A stretch of DNA of 52,655 nucleotides. Origin: Candidatus Aminicenantes bacterium (GTDB taxonomy: Bacteria; Acidobacteriota; Aminicenantia; Aminicenantales; Aminicenantaceae). Below are positions 9,344-18,791 of this stretch, piece by piece. Below the pieces are notes generated by a model that did no database searches, was not told where the DNA came from, and saw only the letters and a program-made list of their open reading frames with translations. A program made the translations under genes and the position numbers. The stretch covers positions 1 through 52,655 of the forward strand of contig QMPV01000003.1 of the NCBI GenBank assembly GCA_003648765.1. Direction: 5' to 3'. The first letter of the stretch is position 1; each line of letters begins with the position of its first letter.

Positions 9344-10597
9344 TTACCAGTCCCGGCCCTTTTTATTTAGAAATTCACCCATATTTTTCACCAAACCTTG
9401 TCGTTGCATGACTTTTAGATGAGTTAGAAGAAAACAAATGTTTTTCAAAGAGGAGACATGGTGAATGACGTAGCCGGGGGTATGACCAATGGCCAGAACT
9501 CCTAATCCAGGTAAAATGACCATCTTATAGCGCGTAGCCAGTTCGACAATTTGAGTCAATTCGGTACTCGGGGAAGATAAGCCGATGGCCGGGTAAAAAT
9601 AGCTACCTTCGGCGTCAGCCGGAATGACTCGATTTTGGCCTTGAGACCATTGATGAAGAGCTTGAATCATTCCCCAGGGTGAATGAGTGAAAATGGCGGC
9701 TTTAGCGCTGGAATAGCGGTAGACGGCTTGATGAAGCTGGATGAAATAGTCATCAGATTTTGGCTCGAGGGGAATTCGTTTTATTTCTTGGTCAGCTAGG
9801 AAGCCATGAGGAGTAGAGAGCTGGGGTGAGTAAAGCATTTCTTGGCCATTCCGGACACTTAATGAGCCCGTGTGAAAAGGGCTGAGTTCCAAGTAAAAAA
9901 CATCAAGGGCGGTTCGGCGGAACTGGTTGATTAATTCTTCATCCTGAGTGGCTAACTTGCCGGAGGGTGTTTCGTATTCCGGTAGGGAAGGATAATTTAA
10001 TTCAGTTAGCTTTTCCAAAGGAGTACCCAGTAACTCCAACCAGAAAAGAATTTGGGCGGAATAATCTAATACTGTTAGTCGGAAAAAAGCTTCTTCAAGG
10101 GTTGGGCCGTGGGTGAAGGGGCCATGAGTTTTGACAATCATAGCTGGATGGTTTTGAAGGCAGAGGGGGATGTCCCGTTCCATTTCAGGAGAGCCGACTG
10201 GATATTCGAACTCAATGACCGGAATTTCTTTAAGATATAATTTACCCAGAGCATCAAGAGGCCGCAGACTGGTGTGGCGATAAGAGATAAGCACTGAGGC
10301 TAGGGAATGGGCGTGGAGGGCGGCCCCAGAAAAGGATAAAATTTTCTGGTGAGTTCCGGTTTCTGAGGAAGCCTGGAAGAGTCCGCTTCGGGGTTCATCC
10401 GTCCCCACTAGGATAATATCTCTATCTTCCAGATGACCTTTCATAGACCCAGTTTTGGTGATGAAAAAATCTTTTCCCCAACGCGCTGAGATGTTTCCGC
10501 TATGAGTGTTTTGGAGGCCCAGAGCGAGCATGGCTTGGCCCACGGCTTTTATTTTTTGAATGATCTTGGCTTGACTTATTCTATTTTGGCTGGCCAA
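9344..10597 (-). CDS. tandem-domain class II aldolase/adducin-family protein
   Basis: Two aldolase_II-like halves. The N-half has NTHSGNISAR, LHAHS (H-x-H) and KTHGPFTHG. The C-half has HTGSLSVRNG but FTHS and LPGLGVLAIGH in place of the His ligands. TTG start according to the track. Confidence 0.8.
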   Translation of the reverse strand: MASQNRISQAKIIQKIKAVGQAMLALGLQNTHSGNISARWGKDFFITKTGSMKGHLEDRDIILVGTDEPRSGLFQASSETGTHQKILSFSGAALHAHSLASVLISYRHTSLRPLDALGKLYLKEIPVIEFEYPVGSPEMERDIPLCLQNHPAMIVKTHGPFTHGPTLEEAFFRLTVLDYSAQILFWLELLGTPLEKLTELNYPSLPEYETPSGKLATQDEELINQFRRTALDVFYLELSPFHTGSLSVRNGQEMLYSPQLSTPHGFLADQEIKRIPLEPKSDDYFIQLHQAVYRYSSAKAAIFTHSPWGMIQALHQWSQGQNRVIPADAEGSYFYPAIGLSSPSTELTQIVELATRYKMVILPGLGVLAIGHTPGYVIHHVSSLKNICFLLTHLKVMQRQGLVKNMGEFLNKKGRDW

Positions 10598-10651
10598 AGT
10601 TAAACCTGCCTTTGAAAGATTTTCTGTCCAGCTTTTAGTCTAATCATAATT

Positions 10652-12457
10652 TTATTTGGGGTGAATTTTATTTGTTTTAAGGTTTGAATCATTTGTCCAT
10701 TTTCTGATTTCATAATATTTATTAAGCATGTAAGCAAATTGATTTTCTCGATCGATGGCTCTTTGGCGACCAGCAATCTTTATTTTTTCAGTAAAGAACC
10801 GGGTAGGTAAAGTATCTGTAGACGCCTTTAAGCCCGCCTTTAGATTGAAACGGCGTTCTTCATCAATAACCTGCCGAGCCAGTCGTTTGAGGTCATGAGG
10901 GCCCAGGTCGACCCCGGTGAAACCGGCATAGATCCGGGAGAGTTCGTTTTCACTGAAAGCGAAGTAGGCAAAACGGCAAATGCCCAGCATATCGGCCACG
11001 CAGCCCGAGTCCTGTTCGTCCACCACATGGTCGGCCACTGTTTCCACCAGGAAACGGTCGACTTCTCGCGCTCCACCGAAAAAGCCTAGCGAGATCATGT
11101 AACCGCCTTTAAGATGGCAACCTCCCCGGGTGGAGGTGGCGTAGCCCAGAGCTTGCATGAGAGTCGAACGGGGGTCGTAAGCTGGCAATTCTAGCCCTTT
11201 AACCACCATAGCTAATTCTGGTGCCTGATATTTTTGGCAAAGGCGGCGGGCGCCTTCGGCCAGTTCGTGGCCGAGGCCTTCTCGGTGGGCAATTAACCGA
11301 ACCAATTCTTCCAACAGGTGTCCGGCCCCGAAACAAAGTTCCAAACCGCCTGTTTCTGGGGAAGATAACCCACCCTTCTCAAATAGCTCCATAGCTGCTC
11401 CTAAGGTGTTGCCCAGAGAGATGGTGTCTAAGCCATATTCGTTACAGAGATAATTAGCCCGGGCAATTGTCGGGAGATCATAAATTTCTAGATTGGCCCC
11501 CAGCATAGCGATAGTTTCAAATTCCGGTCCTTCTCCCTGACGATGGTCCACTTGCGTTAATCGAGCACACCGGATTCGGCAATTGAAGCAGCCTCGAGGC
11601 GCCCGGAAGATGGTCCGGCGCAGAGTCTCACCGGAAATTTTCTCAATATTCTCAGGGAGGTGGGAAGTATCCTGAAAGTTGCGGTGAACCAGCATGTCGT
11701 GTTGGTAAACCAGTTTAACTAAACCCGCTGTTCCCAGGAGAGGAAAAGCTTTAGACGTCACGGGCATAGAGCGGATTAATTTATTGGCTTGAGCTAAACC
11801 GGTTTGATATTTTTCTCGCTGGAAAGGAGGGAAGGTTTTCCGACCGGCCACGACTATGGCTTTCAAATTTTTGGCGCCCATCACGGCGCCGCCGCCACCG
11901 CGGCCTGCTGTGCGGCCTAAGTCGTTCATAATGGAGGCAAAGCGGACTTGTTTTTCTCCCGCAGGACCTATTCCCAGAATCTTGGCTTGGGGGGAATATT
12001 TTGCCTGGAGTTGCTGGGTTAATTCGGGAATATTCAGGCCCCAGAGTTCTGGGCATTCAATGAGTTCAATTTTATCTTCGCTGAGATAAAGATAGACGGG
12101 TTGAGCTGCCCGTCCTTTAATTAGCAGAACATCGTAACCGGTCCGTTTGAAGATATGACCCCAGAAACCACCCGAGTTGGAGCTGAAAATCGTGCCCGTG
12201 AGGGGTGATTTAAAGATGATGGAGAATCGGCCCGAAGTGGGGGCCACTGAGCCACCGAGGCCTCCACTGGCTATAACTAGAATACTTTCTGAAGAAAGAG
12301 GATCAACTAGGGCCTGATTTTCCTCATGTAAGAACCAGGCTCCCCAGCCCCGACCTCCAAGGTAATTAGTGATAATTTCCTCAGGGAGGGGAAAAACCTC
12401 TATTTTTCCCGAAGAGAGGTCGACACTTATTCCCCGTTGATTATATCCTGATATCAC
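10652..12457 (-). CDS. aor: aldehyde:ferredoxin oxidoreductase family (tungsto/molybdopterin)
   Basis: N-terminus GISVDLSSGKIEVFPLPEEIITNYLGGRGWGAWFL. GRGGGGAVMGAKNLKAIVV. 4Fe-4S ligands C-F-N-C-R-I-R-C plus a later GICRFA. DTISLGNT pterin-region motif. GTG start. Confidence 0.9.
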   Translation of the reverse strand: MISGYNQRGISVDLSSGKIEVFPLPEEIITNYLGGRGWGAWFLHEENQALVDPLSSESILVIASGGLGGSVAPTSGRFSIIFKSPLTGTIFSSNSGGFWGHIFKRTGYDVLLIKGRAAQPVYLYLSEDKIELIECPELWGLNIPELTQQLQAKYSPQAKILGIGPAGEKQVRFASIMNDLGRTAGRGGGGAVMGAKNLKAIVVAGRKTFPPFQREKYQTGLAQANKLIRSMPVTSKAFPLLGTAGLVKLVYQHDMLVHRNFQDTSHLPENIEKISGETLRRTIFRAPRGCFNCRIRCARLTQVDHRQGEGPEFETIAMLGANLEIYDLPTIARANYLCNEYGLDTISLGNTLGAAMELFEKGGLSSPETGGLELCFGAGHLLEELVRLIAHREGLGHELAEGARRLCQKYQAPELAMVVKGLELPAYDPRSTLMQALGYATSTRGGCHLKGGYMISLGFFGGAREVDRFLVETVADHVVDEQDSGCVADMLGICRFAYFAFSENELSRIYAGFTGVDLGPHDLKRLARQVIDEERRFNLKAGLKASTDTLPTRFFTEKIKIAGRQRAIDRENQFAYMLNKYYEIRKWTNDSNLKTNKIHPK

Positions 12458-12978
12458 CTGAATTTACCTTGAATCTTAATAGGAGAATATTTTAGCCTAA
12501 TCATCCACGAAAATGTATAAAAAAGATATCATTTTCCTGGAAACTTAGAAAATTCCTTGAAAAAGAGAGTGTAAGTGCCTATTTTATTCATGGGGTATTC
12601 CTCCGGACCAGAGAAAGCTTGACAGGTGATGAGAAGAAAGATACGGTGGTCAAGGGGGAACTAGAGAGATGGGAAGCCTGGGCCTAAGGGAGAGATGTTC
12701 ATTGATTTAAGGTGTCCTAATTTTCCTGAAGCTATCAAAGACTGTGGGGGAAGTTTCTATTAAGAAGGCCTTGGTTAAAAGCTTGGTCGTGAGGTAAAGT
12801 GATAAAAATTAATTATTAGAGTTCAAGTTTCGGGGAGCCTTGAAAAGTGACATCTTGAGGACAGAAACAGTGAGGAAGCAAAGATTATGATTAGGGTTAT
12901 GTTAGAGGGAGAAAAATTTATTATTTGTGGGTTTAAGAGGGTAATATTCAAAGAATCAACCAGGATAAGGAGGTTTTA

Positions 12979-15057
12979 ATGAGAAAGGGAGCTCAAATTT
13001 TAGTTTTTTTAATTTTGTTTTGCTTGGTGTTCCATTCCTCACCTCAATTAAATCTTTGGGCAGAAGATACTCTATCACCCCACCCTTTTTCCGTCCATGA
13101 TATGTTGGCCATGGACCGGATCTCCGACCCCCAGGTCTCTCCTGACGGACAGTGGGTGGTTTTTACCTTGCGGACCACGGACCTGGAAGCCAATCGGGGG
13201 CGGACGGATCTCTGGTTGGTGGATATTAGTGGCCAGCACCTGCGTCGCTTAACCACTCACCCGGCCGCTGATTACAATCCCCGCTGGTCTCCCTGTGGAA
13301 AGTATATCTGGTTCATTTCCACTCGTTCGGGCTCGGCTCAAGTTTGGCGGATAAGAGTCGCCGGTGGAGAGGCGGTTCAGTTTACTGATTTGCCGCTGGA
13401 TGTGGGGAATTTAGTGGTGGCTCCCAATGGTCAATATATTGCCTTGACCATGGAGGTTTTTCCCGGCAAAGGTTGTCCTTATGACACCAAGAGCCGACTG
13501 GAAGAGAGGGCCAAGCGCCAGAGCAGTGGTCGGATTTATGAGCGTCTTTTCATCCGCCATTGGGACACCTGGAAAGATGGTCGACGTTCCCATCTTTTTG
13601 CTGTGAGGGTCAAGGACAAGAAGCTTTTCCGCCTGATGCCGGAGATGGATGCCGATACGCCCTCCAAACCTTTCGGCGGACCTGAAGAGATTACCTTCAC
13701 TCCCGACGGCCAGGGATTGATTTTCACCGCGCGCGACGCCGGGCGAGAGGAGGCCTGGTCAACTGATTTTGACCTTTATTATGTCCCGGTCGATGGCTCG
13801 AAGAAGCCGGTTTGTCTTACGGAAAAGAACCCGGCCTGGGATACTCAACCACTCTTTTCGCCTGATGGTCGGACCCTGGCTTATCTGGCCATGAAGAGAG
13901 CGGGTTACGAGTCAGATAGATTCCGGATTATCCTGCGCGATTGGGCCACGGGGCGAGAGCGGGTCTTAACCGAAGCCTGGGACCGGTCGCCAGCGGAAAT
14001 CGCCTGGTCACCTGAGGGCCGAACTATTTATGCCACGGCTCCCAACCTCGGGCAACGTTCGCTTTTTGCCATAGACGTCAAGACCGGCCGGGTCAAAACT
14101 ATTCTCAAAGAAGGCACAGTGAGTTCGCCTCGTCCGCTGGGGAAGAAAATCCTTTTCGGTCTGGATAATCTTAAATCGCCAGTGGAACTTTATGTGATGG
14201 GCGCCGATGGTCAGGGATTGAAACCGATTACTCAAATTAATGCTGCCAAGCTGGCCCAGGCCAAGATGGGGGATTACGAGCAGTTTACCTTTAAGGGCTG
14301 GAATGACGAAACAGTTTATGCTTATGTGGTTAAGCCCATCGATTTTGACGCCAACCGGAAATATCCGGTGGCCTTTCTCATTCATGGTGGACCACAAGGT
14401 TCTTTCAGCAATCATTTTCATTATCGCTGGAATCCTCAAGTTTATGCCGGGGCCGGCTACGCCGCGGTGATGGTGGATTTTCATGGTTCGGTGGGCTATG
14501 GCCAGGCTTTTACTGATTCCATTCGGGGAGATTGGGGAGGCAAACCCTTGGAAGATTTGAAAAAAGGGTTGGCCGCCGCCCTGAAACGTTATCCCTGGAT
14601 GGATGGTGACCGCGTGGCCGCCCTAGGGGCCTCTTTCGGTGGCTATATGATTAACTGGATTGCCGGGAATTGGCCGGATCGGTTTCGGTGTTTGGTCAAT
14701 CATGACGGCAATTTAGATGAAAGGCTGGCTTACTTTGATACGGAGGAACTCTGGTTCCCTGAATGGGACCATGAAGGCACCCCCTGGACCAATCCGGAGG
14801 GCTATGAGAAACATAATCCCATCAACTATGTTAAAAACTGGAAAACACCCATGTTGGTTATTCATGGGGCTAAAGATTTTCGGGTGGTTGATACTCAAGG
14901 GATTTCTACCTTTACCGCGTTACAACGGTTGGGCATTCCCAGTAAATTGCTCTATTTTCCTGACGAAAACCACTGGGTGCTGAAGCCACATAATAGTATT
15001 CTCTGGCATAAAACAGTCATCGACTGGCTCAACCAATGGTGTCAGCCCCAAAAGTAG
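12979..15057 (+). CDS. S9 family serine peptidase (acylaminoacyl-/dipeptidyl-peptidase-like), exported
   Basis: AAGGAGG RBS. Signal peptide. N-terminal PD40-like propeller (SPDGQWVVFT, SPDGRTLAYL, SPEGRTIYAT). C-terminal alpha/beta domain with LGASFGGYM (GxSxGG), HGAKDFRV and DENHW. Confidence 0.9.
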   Translation: MRKGAQILVFLILFCLVFHSSPQLNLWAEDTLSPHPFSVHDMLAMDRISDPQVSPDGQWVVFTLRTTDLEANRGRTDLWLVDISGQHLRRLTTHPAADYNPRWSPCGKYIWFISTRSGSAQVWRIRVAGGEAVQFTDLPLDVGNLVVAPNGQYIALTMEVFPGKGCPYDTKSRLEERAKRQSSGRIYERLFIRHWDTWKDGRRSHLFAVRVKDKKLFRLMPEMDADTPSKPFGGPEEITFTPDGQGLIFTARDAGREEAWSTDFDLYYVPVDGSKKPVCLTEKNPAWDTQPLFSPDGRTLAYLAMKRAGYESDRFRIILRDWATGRERVLTEAWDRSPAEIAWSPEGRTIYATAPNLGQRSLFAIDVKTGRVKTILKEGTVSSPRPLGKKILFGLDNLKSPVELYVMGADGQGLKPITQINAAKLAQAKMGDYEQFTFKGWNDETVYAYVVKPIDFDANRKYPVAFLIHGGPQGSFSNHFHYRWNPQVYAGAGYAAVMVDFHGSVGYGQAFTDSIRGDWGGKPLEDLKKGLAAALKRYPWMDGDRVAALGASFGGYMINWIAGNWPDRFRCLVNHDGNLDERLAYFDTEELWFPEWDHEGTPWTNPEGYEKHNPINYVKNWKTPMLVIHGAKDFRVVDTQGISTFTALQRLGIPSKLLYFPDENHWVLKPHNSILWHKTVIDWLNQWCQPQK

Positions 15058-15086
15058 TCTTCCAAAAAAAGAAGCAAAATCGCTGG

Positions 15087-15476
15087 CTATTCTTGTGAGG
15101 CCGAGCGGAACATAATCAAGAGCATTTTAAAAGGGGTCAGAGCCTGGAGGGCATGAGGTTTATGGGCCGGCATGAGAATTAATTCACCGGCTTTTAGTTG
15201 ATGGGCCTGACCTTCAATGGTGACTTCAACCTGCCCTTCTAGGCAGAAAACGAAGGCGTCAAAAGGAGCAGTGTGTTCACTGAGTTGCTGGCCTTGGTCG
15301 AAAGCAAAAAGAGTTAGTGTGCCCATTTCCCGGGAATAAATTTCCTGACTGACAATCGAGTCTTTTTGATACTTAAGTCTTTCGGCCAGATGAATGGCTT
15401 CTTGTTGGCAGACCATTTTTCCTCCAGGGAGATCAGATTGCTCGTTAATTTTAAGCGATTCTATCGATTTGGTCAA
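15087..15476 (-). CDS. cupin domain protein
   Basis: 129 aa with cupin-like motifs (EHTAPFDAFVFCLEGQVEVTIEG ... GELILMPAHKPHAL). Confidence 0.7.
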   Translation of the reverse strand: MTKSIESLKINEQSDLPGGKMVCQQEAIHLAERLKYQKDSIVSQEIYSREMGTLTLFAFDQGQQLSEHTAPFDAFVFCLEGQVEVTIEGQAHQLKAGELILMPAHKPHALQALTPFKMLLIMFRSASQE

Positions 15477-15668
15477 AATTTTAGGAGCTTTGCCCTTCTA
15501 CTTTTGTTCTTGAAACTTAATTGGGCCTCTGGGAATTTGGTTTAGTTTATAGCCATTACTAAAGAATTATTAGGCGAATCTTGGGGAAAGTGGAATTTTT
15601 CTTTATAGAGGCTGGAGTCTTAGGCAGCCAAAGAAGTGATTTGGGATGATGGTCCTTTTGGCCACCCG

Positions 15669-15709
15669 GAGGTAGGGAAGCGAAAAATTTTGAGTTGAGG
15701 TAGGGAAGC
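15669..15709. repeat. 13-bp direct repeat GAGGTAGGGAAGC x2 with 28-bp period, in a divergent intergenic region
   Basis: Exact copies at 15669-15681 and 15697-15709. The flanks are also similar (GAAAAATTTT / TATAGAATTT). Confidence 0.9.
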
Positions 15710-16008
15710 TATAGAATTTGGCGTTTAAGAGAATGGAGAGCCCGAGACACATATTGGGATGAAAGGTTACCTTTCACCTTGGATAATTAGAAGCTTTATC
15801 TTGAAGAAATTCTTGTTTGTCCTTATTGTGACCCATTTCGACAGTTTCTGACACCATTAACGCAAGGGGTTATTATTCAGGTGACTTGAAAGAATATAAA
15901 CCTTAAGAATCTAGTTATTACTCGGGAGAATTAATTGATGGGATTTTGTGTCTATCTAATTAGCGAAAGTGATTGACGGCGGGAAAGTTTATTTAATAGC
16001 ATTAAATT

Positions 16009-18768
16009 ATGAGGAGTTTTTTAAGGAGCAGAATCGTGAAAATATTTCATTTTTTCCATCGCCTTAAATTAAAACAAGTAAAAATTTTTTTCTGGCTAAT
16101 TATTTTGGGATTGATGTTTGGGTTGGTTGCCTGTCGGCAAGAAACTTCTCTTCCTTCTTCGGACCAATCCCCAGTAGGAGTGACGGCTGATGGGCGAACC
16201 GTTCTACCGGTTAATCAAGTTCTTCAGCCGTTTGGCGAGCAATTACCTCTGCCAGGATTGAGACCTTTGGGTTTGGCTTTTTCCCTTGATAGAAAAATAG
16301 TTGTGGTTACAGGGAAAACCAGTGAATTGTGGGTGATTAATCCTGAGACTTTGGAAATTATCCAGAAAGTGCCCTTTCCTTCAGAAAAACAGACTGTAGC
16401 TCCCCCCACCCCCTCTTCGGCCAATATCCTGAAGCCCGACAAAAAAGGCCAGATTAGTTATACCGGCCTGGTTTTTTCTCCCCAGGGCCAGTGGCTCTAT
16501 TTGAGCAATGTCCGGGGCAGTATTAAAGTTTTCGCCGTTGACTCAAATGGACGGATTCAGCCTTCTCATACTCTAGCCTTGCCTCCGGCTAACGCTCCTC
16601 GCCGTCAAGCCGAGATTCCAGCCGGTCTGGCCGTGAGTCAAGACGGTCAGCGCCTTTATGTCTGTGGCAATCTCTCCAATCGCCTCCTGGAAATTTCGCT
16701 GCAGACAGGTGAGGTTCAGCGTACTTTTGAGGTGGGGGTAGCTCCTTTTGATGTCGTTCTAGTGGGGCAGAAAGCTTATGTTAGTAACTGGGGAGGCCGA
16801 CGGCCAAAACCCGGCGAGTTGGTAGGGCCGGCGGGCCGGGGCACAGTGGTCAAAGTTGACCCCGAAAAATTTATCGCCAGTGAAGGTTCAGTCAGCGTTA
16901 TTGATTTAACCACTGGGCAGACGGTGAAAGAAATAATTGTTCATCTCCATTCCTCCGCCCTGGCCCTTTCTCCTGACGGTCGTTATTTAGTTTGCGCTAA
17001 CGCTGCCTCCGACAATTTAAGTGTCATTGATACCCGCAGTGATGAGGTGGTGGAGACTATCTGGGTGAAGAGAAGCCCAGCTGACCTTTTCGGGGCTTCT
17101 CCCAATGCTCTCTGTTTTACCCCTGACGGTCAGACTTTGCTGGTGGCTAATGGAACCCAGAACGCTGTAGCTGTGGTTGAGTTTGAACCCCAGAAGAAAG
17201 AGTCTCGTTTAAAGGGACTTATTCCTGTGGGCTGGTTTCCCGGGGTTTTGCGCTGGGATGAAACCAGACATAAACTCTGGGTAGCCAATATCAAAGGACA
17301 TGCTCCCGCCCCCAAAAAGGATAAAAAAACTGGTCTGGTGGGCTTTAATTCTCATCAATATTATGGATCGCTCAGTGTTTTTTCTTTGCCCGGCAAAAAG
17401 AAGTTAAAGGAATTAACTAACCAGACTTTGCTTAATTTTCATCAAGAGAGAGTTAAGGAAGCTTTAAAGCCCCCTCGAGAGAATGTTCCTCCCCGGCCCA
17501 TCCCGGAGCGCATTGGAGAGCCTTCGCTGCTCAAGCATGTGGTTTATATTATCAAAGAGAACCGCACTTATGACCAGGTTCTGGGAGATATTCGGGAAGG
17601 CAATGGCGACCCCAGTCTCTGTATTTTCGGAGAAGAAGTTACTCCCAACCAGCATAAATTGGTGCGGGAATTTGTTCTTTTGGACAACATTTACTGTAGC
17701 GGCATCCTCAGTGCCGATGGTCACCAGTGGTCCACCACGGCCTTCGGCACGGATTATCTAGAAAAATCCTTCGCCGGCTGGCCCCGCAGTTATCCGGATG
17801 GCATGGGGCCGGATGATGTGGATGCCCTGGCTTATGCCCCGACGGGTTTCATCTGGGATAATTGCCTCCGCCACGGGGTGAGCATCTGGAATTTTGGTGA
17901 ATTCGCCATGCCGGATTGTCACTGGAAAGACCCCGAACGTCCGGGCTCCCCCACCTGGAAAGATTTTTGGCAGGAGTATCTTTACGGCCGAGGCGAGGTG
18001 GTTATCGGCAGTCGGCCGGGTATTCCCTCGATTGCGCCTTTTACCCCGACTGATTATGTCGGCTGGAATATGAATGTGCCTGATGTCTGGCGGGCTCGTT
18101 ATATTATCAACCAGCTAAAAGAGTGGGAGAAGAAAGGAGAGATGCCCCAATTGGTTTTGATTTGTTTGCCTGATGACCACACCAGTGGTACCCGACCGGG
18201 GATGCCCACTCCCCGAGCTTCAGTAGCCGATAATGACCTGGCTTTAGGACGGATTGTTGAAGCTTTCAGTCGAAGTCAATTCTGGAAAGATATGGTCATT
18301 TTTGCTATTGAAGATGACCCTCAAAACGGATTTGACCATGTCAGTGGTTATCGAACCACAGCTTATCTGGCCGGACCCTATGTTAAAAGAGGCGCTGTGA
18401 TTCATACCCAGTATAATACCACTAGTATTCTCCGCACAATTGAACAAATTCTCGGCTTACCTCCGATGAATCAGTTTGACGCCACCGCCACACCCATGTT
18501 TGACTGTTTTACCCCAGAGCCTGATTTCCGGCCTTTTCAAGCAGTCAAGAACCGCATTCCCTTGGATGAAATTAATCCTCCTCCTTCCCAGATAAAAAGC
18601 TCCCTCCTGAGAAAAAATGCTGAAATTTCAGCCCGGCTGAATTTTAAGCGGATTGACGCCTGTCCGGAAACCGTTTTGAACCGGATTATTTGGCATTCCA
18701 TAAAAGGACCGGATGTTCCTTATCCCCAGTGGGCGGTGACCCTGATTCAAGAGGATGATGAGGATTAA
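16009..18768 (+). CDS. lipoprotein with an N-terminal YncE/YVTN-like beta-propeller fused to a phosphoesterase (PLC/AcpA-type) domain
   Basis: Lipobox-like LMFGLVAC. Propeller repeats (SPQGQWLYLSN, SQDGQRLYVCGN, SPDGRYLVCAN, TPDGQTLLVANG). C-terminal HVVYIIKENRTYDQVLGD and LICLPDDHTSGT, as in the phosphoesterase family. Confidence 0.85.
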   Translation: MRSFLRSRIVKIFHFFHRLKLKQVKIFFWLIILGLMFGLVACRQETSLPSSDQSPVGVTADGRTVLPVNQVLQPFGEQLPLPGLRPLGLAFSLDRKIVVVTGKTSELWVINPETLEIIQKVPFPSEKQTVAPPTPSSANILKPDKKGQISYTGLVFSPQGQWLYLSNVRGSIKVFAVDSNGRIQPSHTLALPPANAPRRQAEIPAGLAVSQDGQRLYVCGNLSNRLLEISLQTGEVQRTFEVGVAPFDVVLVGQKAYVSNWGGRRPKPGELVGPAGRGTVVKVDPEKFIASEGSVSVIDLTTGQTVKEIIVHLHSSALALSPDGRYLVCANAASDNLSVIDTRSDEVVETIWVKRSPADLFGASPNALCFTPDGQTLLVANGTQNAVAVVEFEPQKKESRLKGLIPVGWFPGVLRWDETRHKLWVANIKGHAPAPKKDKKTGLVGFNSHQYYGSLSVFSLPGKKKLKELTNQTLLNFHQERVKEALKPPRENVPPRPIPERIGEPSLLKHVVYIIKENRTYDQVLGDIREGNGDPSLCIFGEEVTPNQHKLVREFVLLDNIYCSGILSADGHQWSTTAFGTDYLEKSFAGWPRSYPDGMGPDDVDALAYAPTGFIWDNCLRHGVSIWNFGEFAMPDCHWKDPERPGSPTWKDFWQEYLYGRGEVVIGSRPGIPSIAPFTPTDYVGWNMNVPDVWRARYIINQLKEWEKKGEMPQLVLICLPDDHTSGTRPGMPTPRASVADNDLALGRIVEAFSRSQFWKDMVIFAIEDDPQNGFDHVSGYRTTAYLAGPYVKRGAVIHTQYNTTSILRTIEQILGLPPMNQFDATATPMFDCFTPEPDFRPFQAVKNRIPLDEINPPPSQIKSSLLRKNAEISARLNFKRIDACPETVLNRIIWHSIKGPDVPYPQWAVTLIQEDDED

Positions 18769-18791
18769 TCCTCTCGGGAAGAAGGCAAATA

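Noticed and set aside
14008-14484. 158-aa antisense ORF inside the S9 peptidase gene
   Set aside because: It lies entirely within a gene with strong motif support on the other strand. It has no RBS and no recognisable domain.
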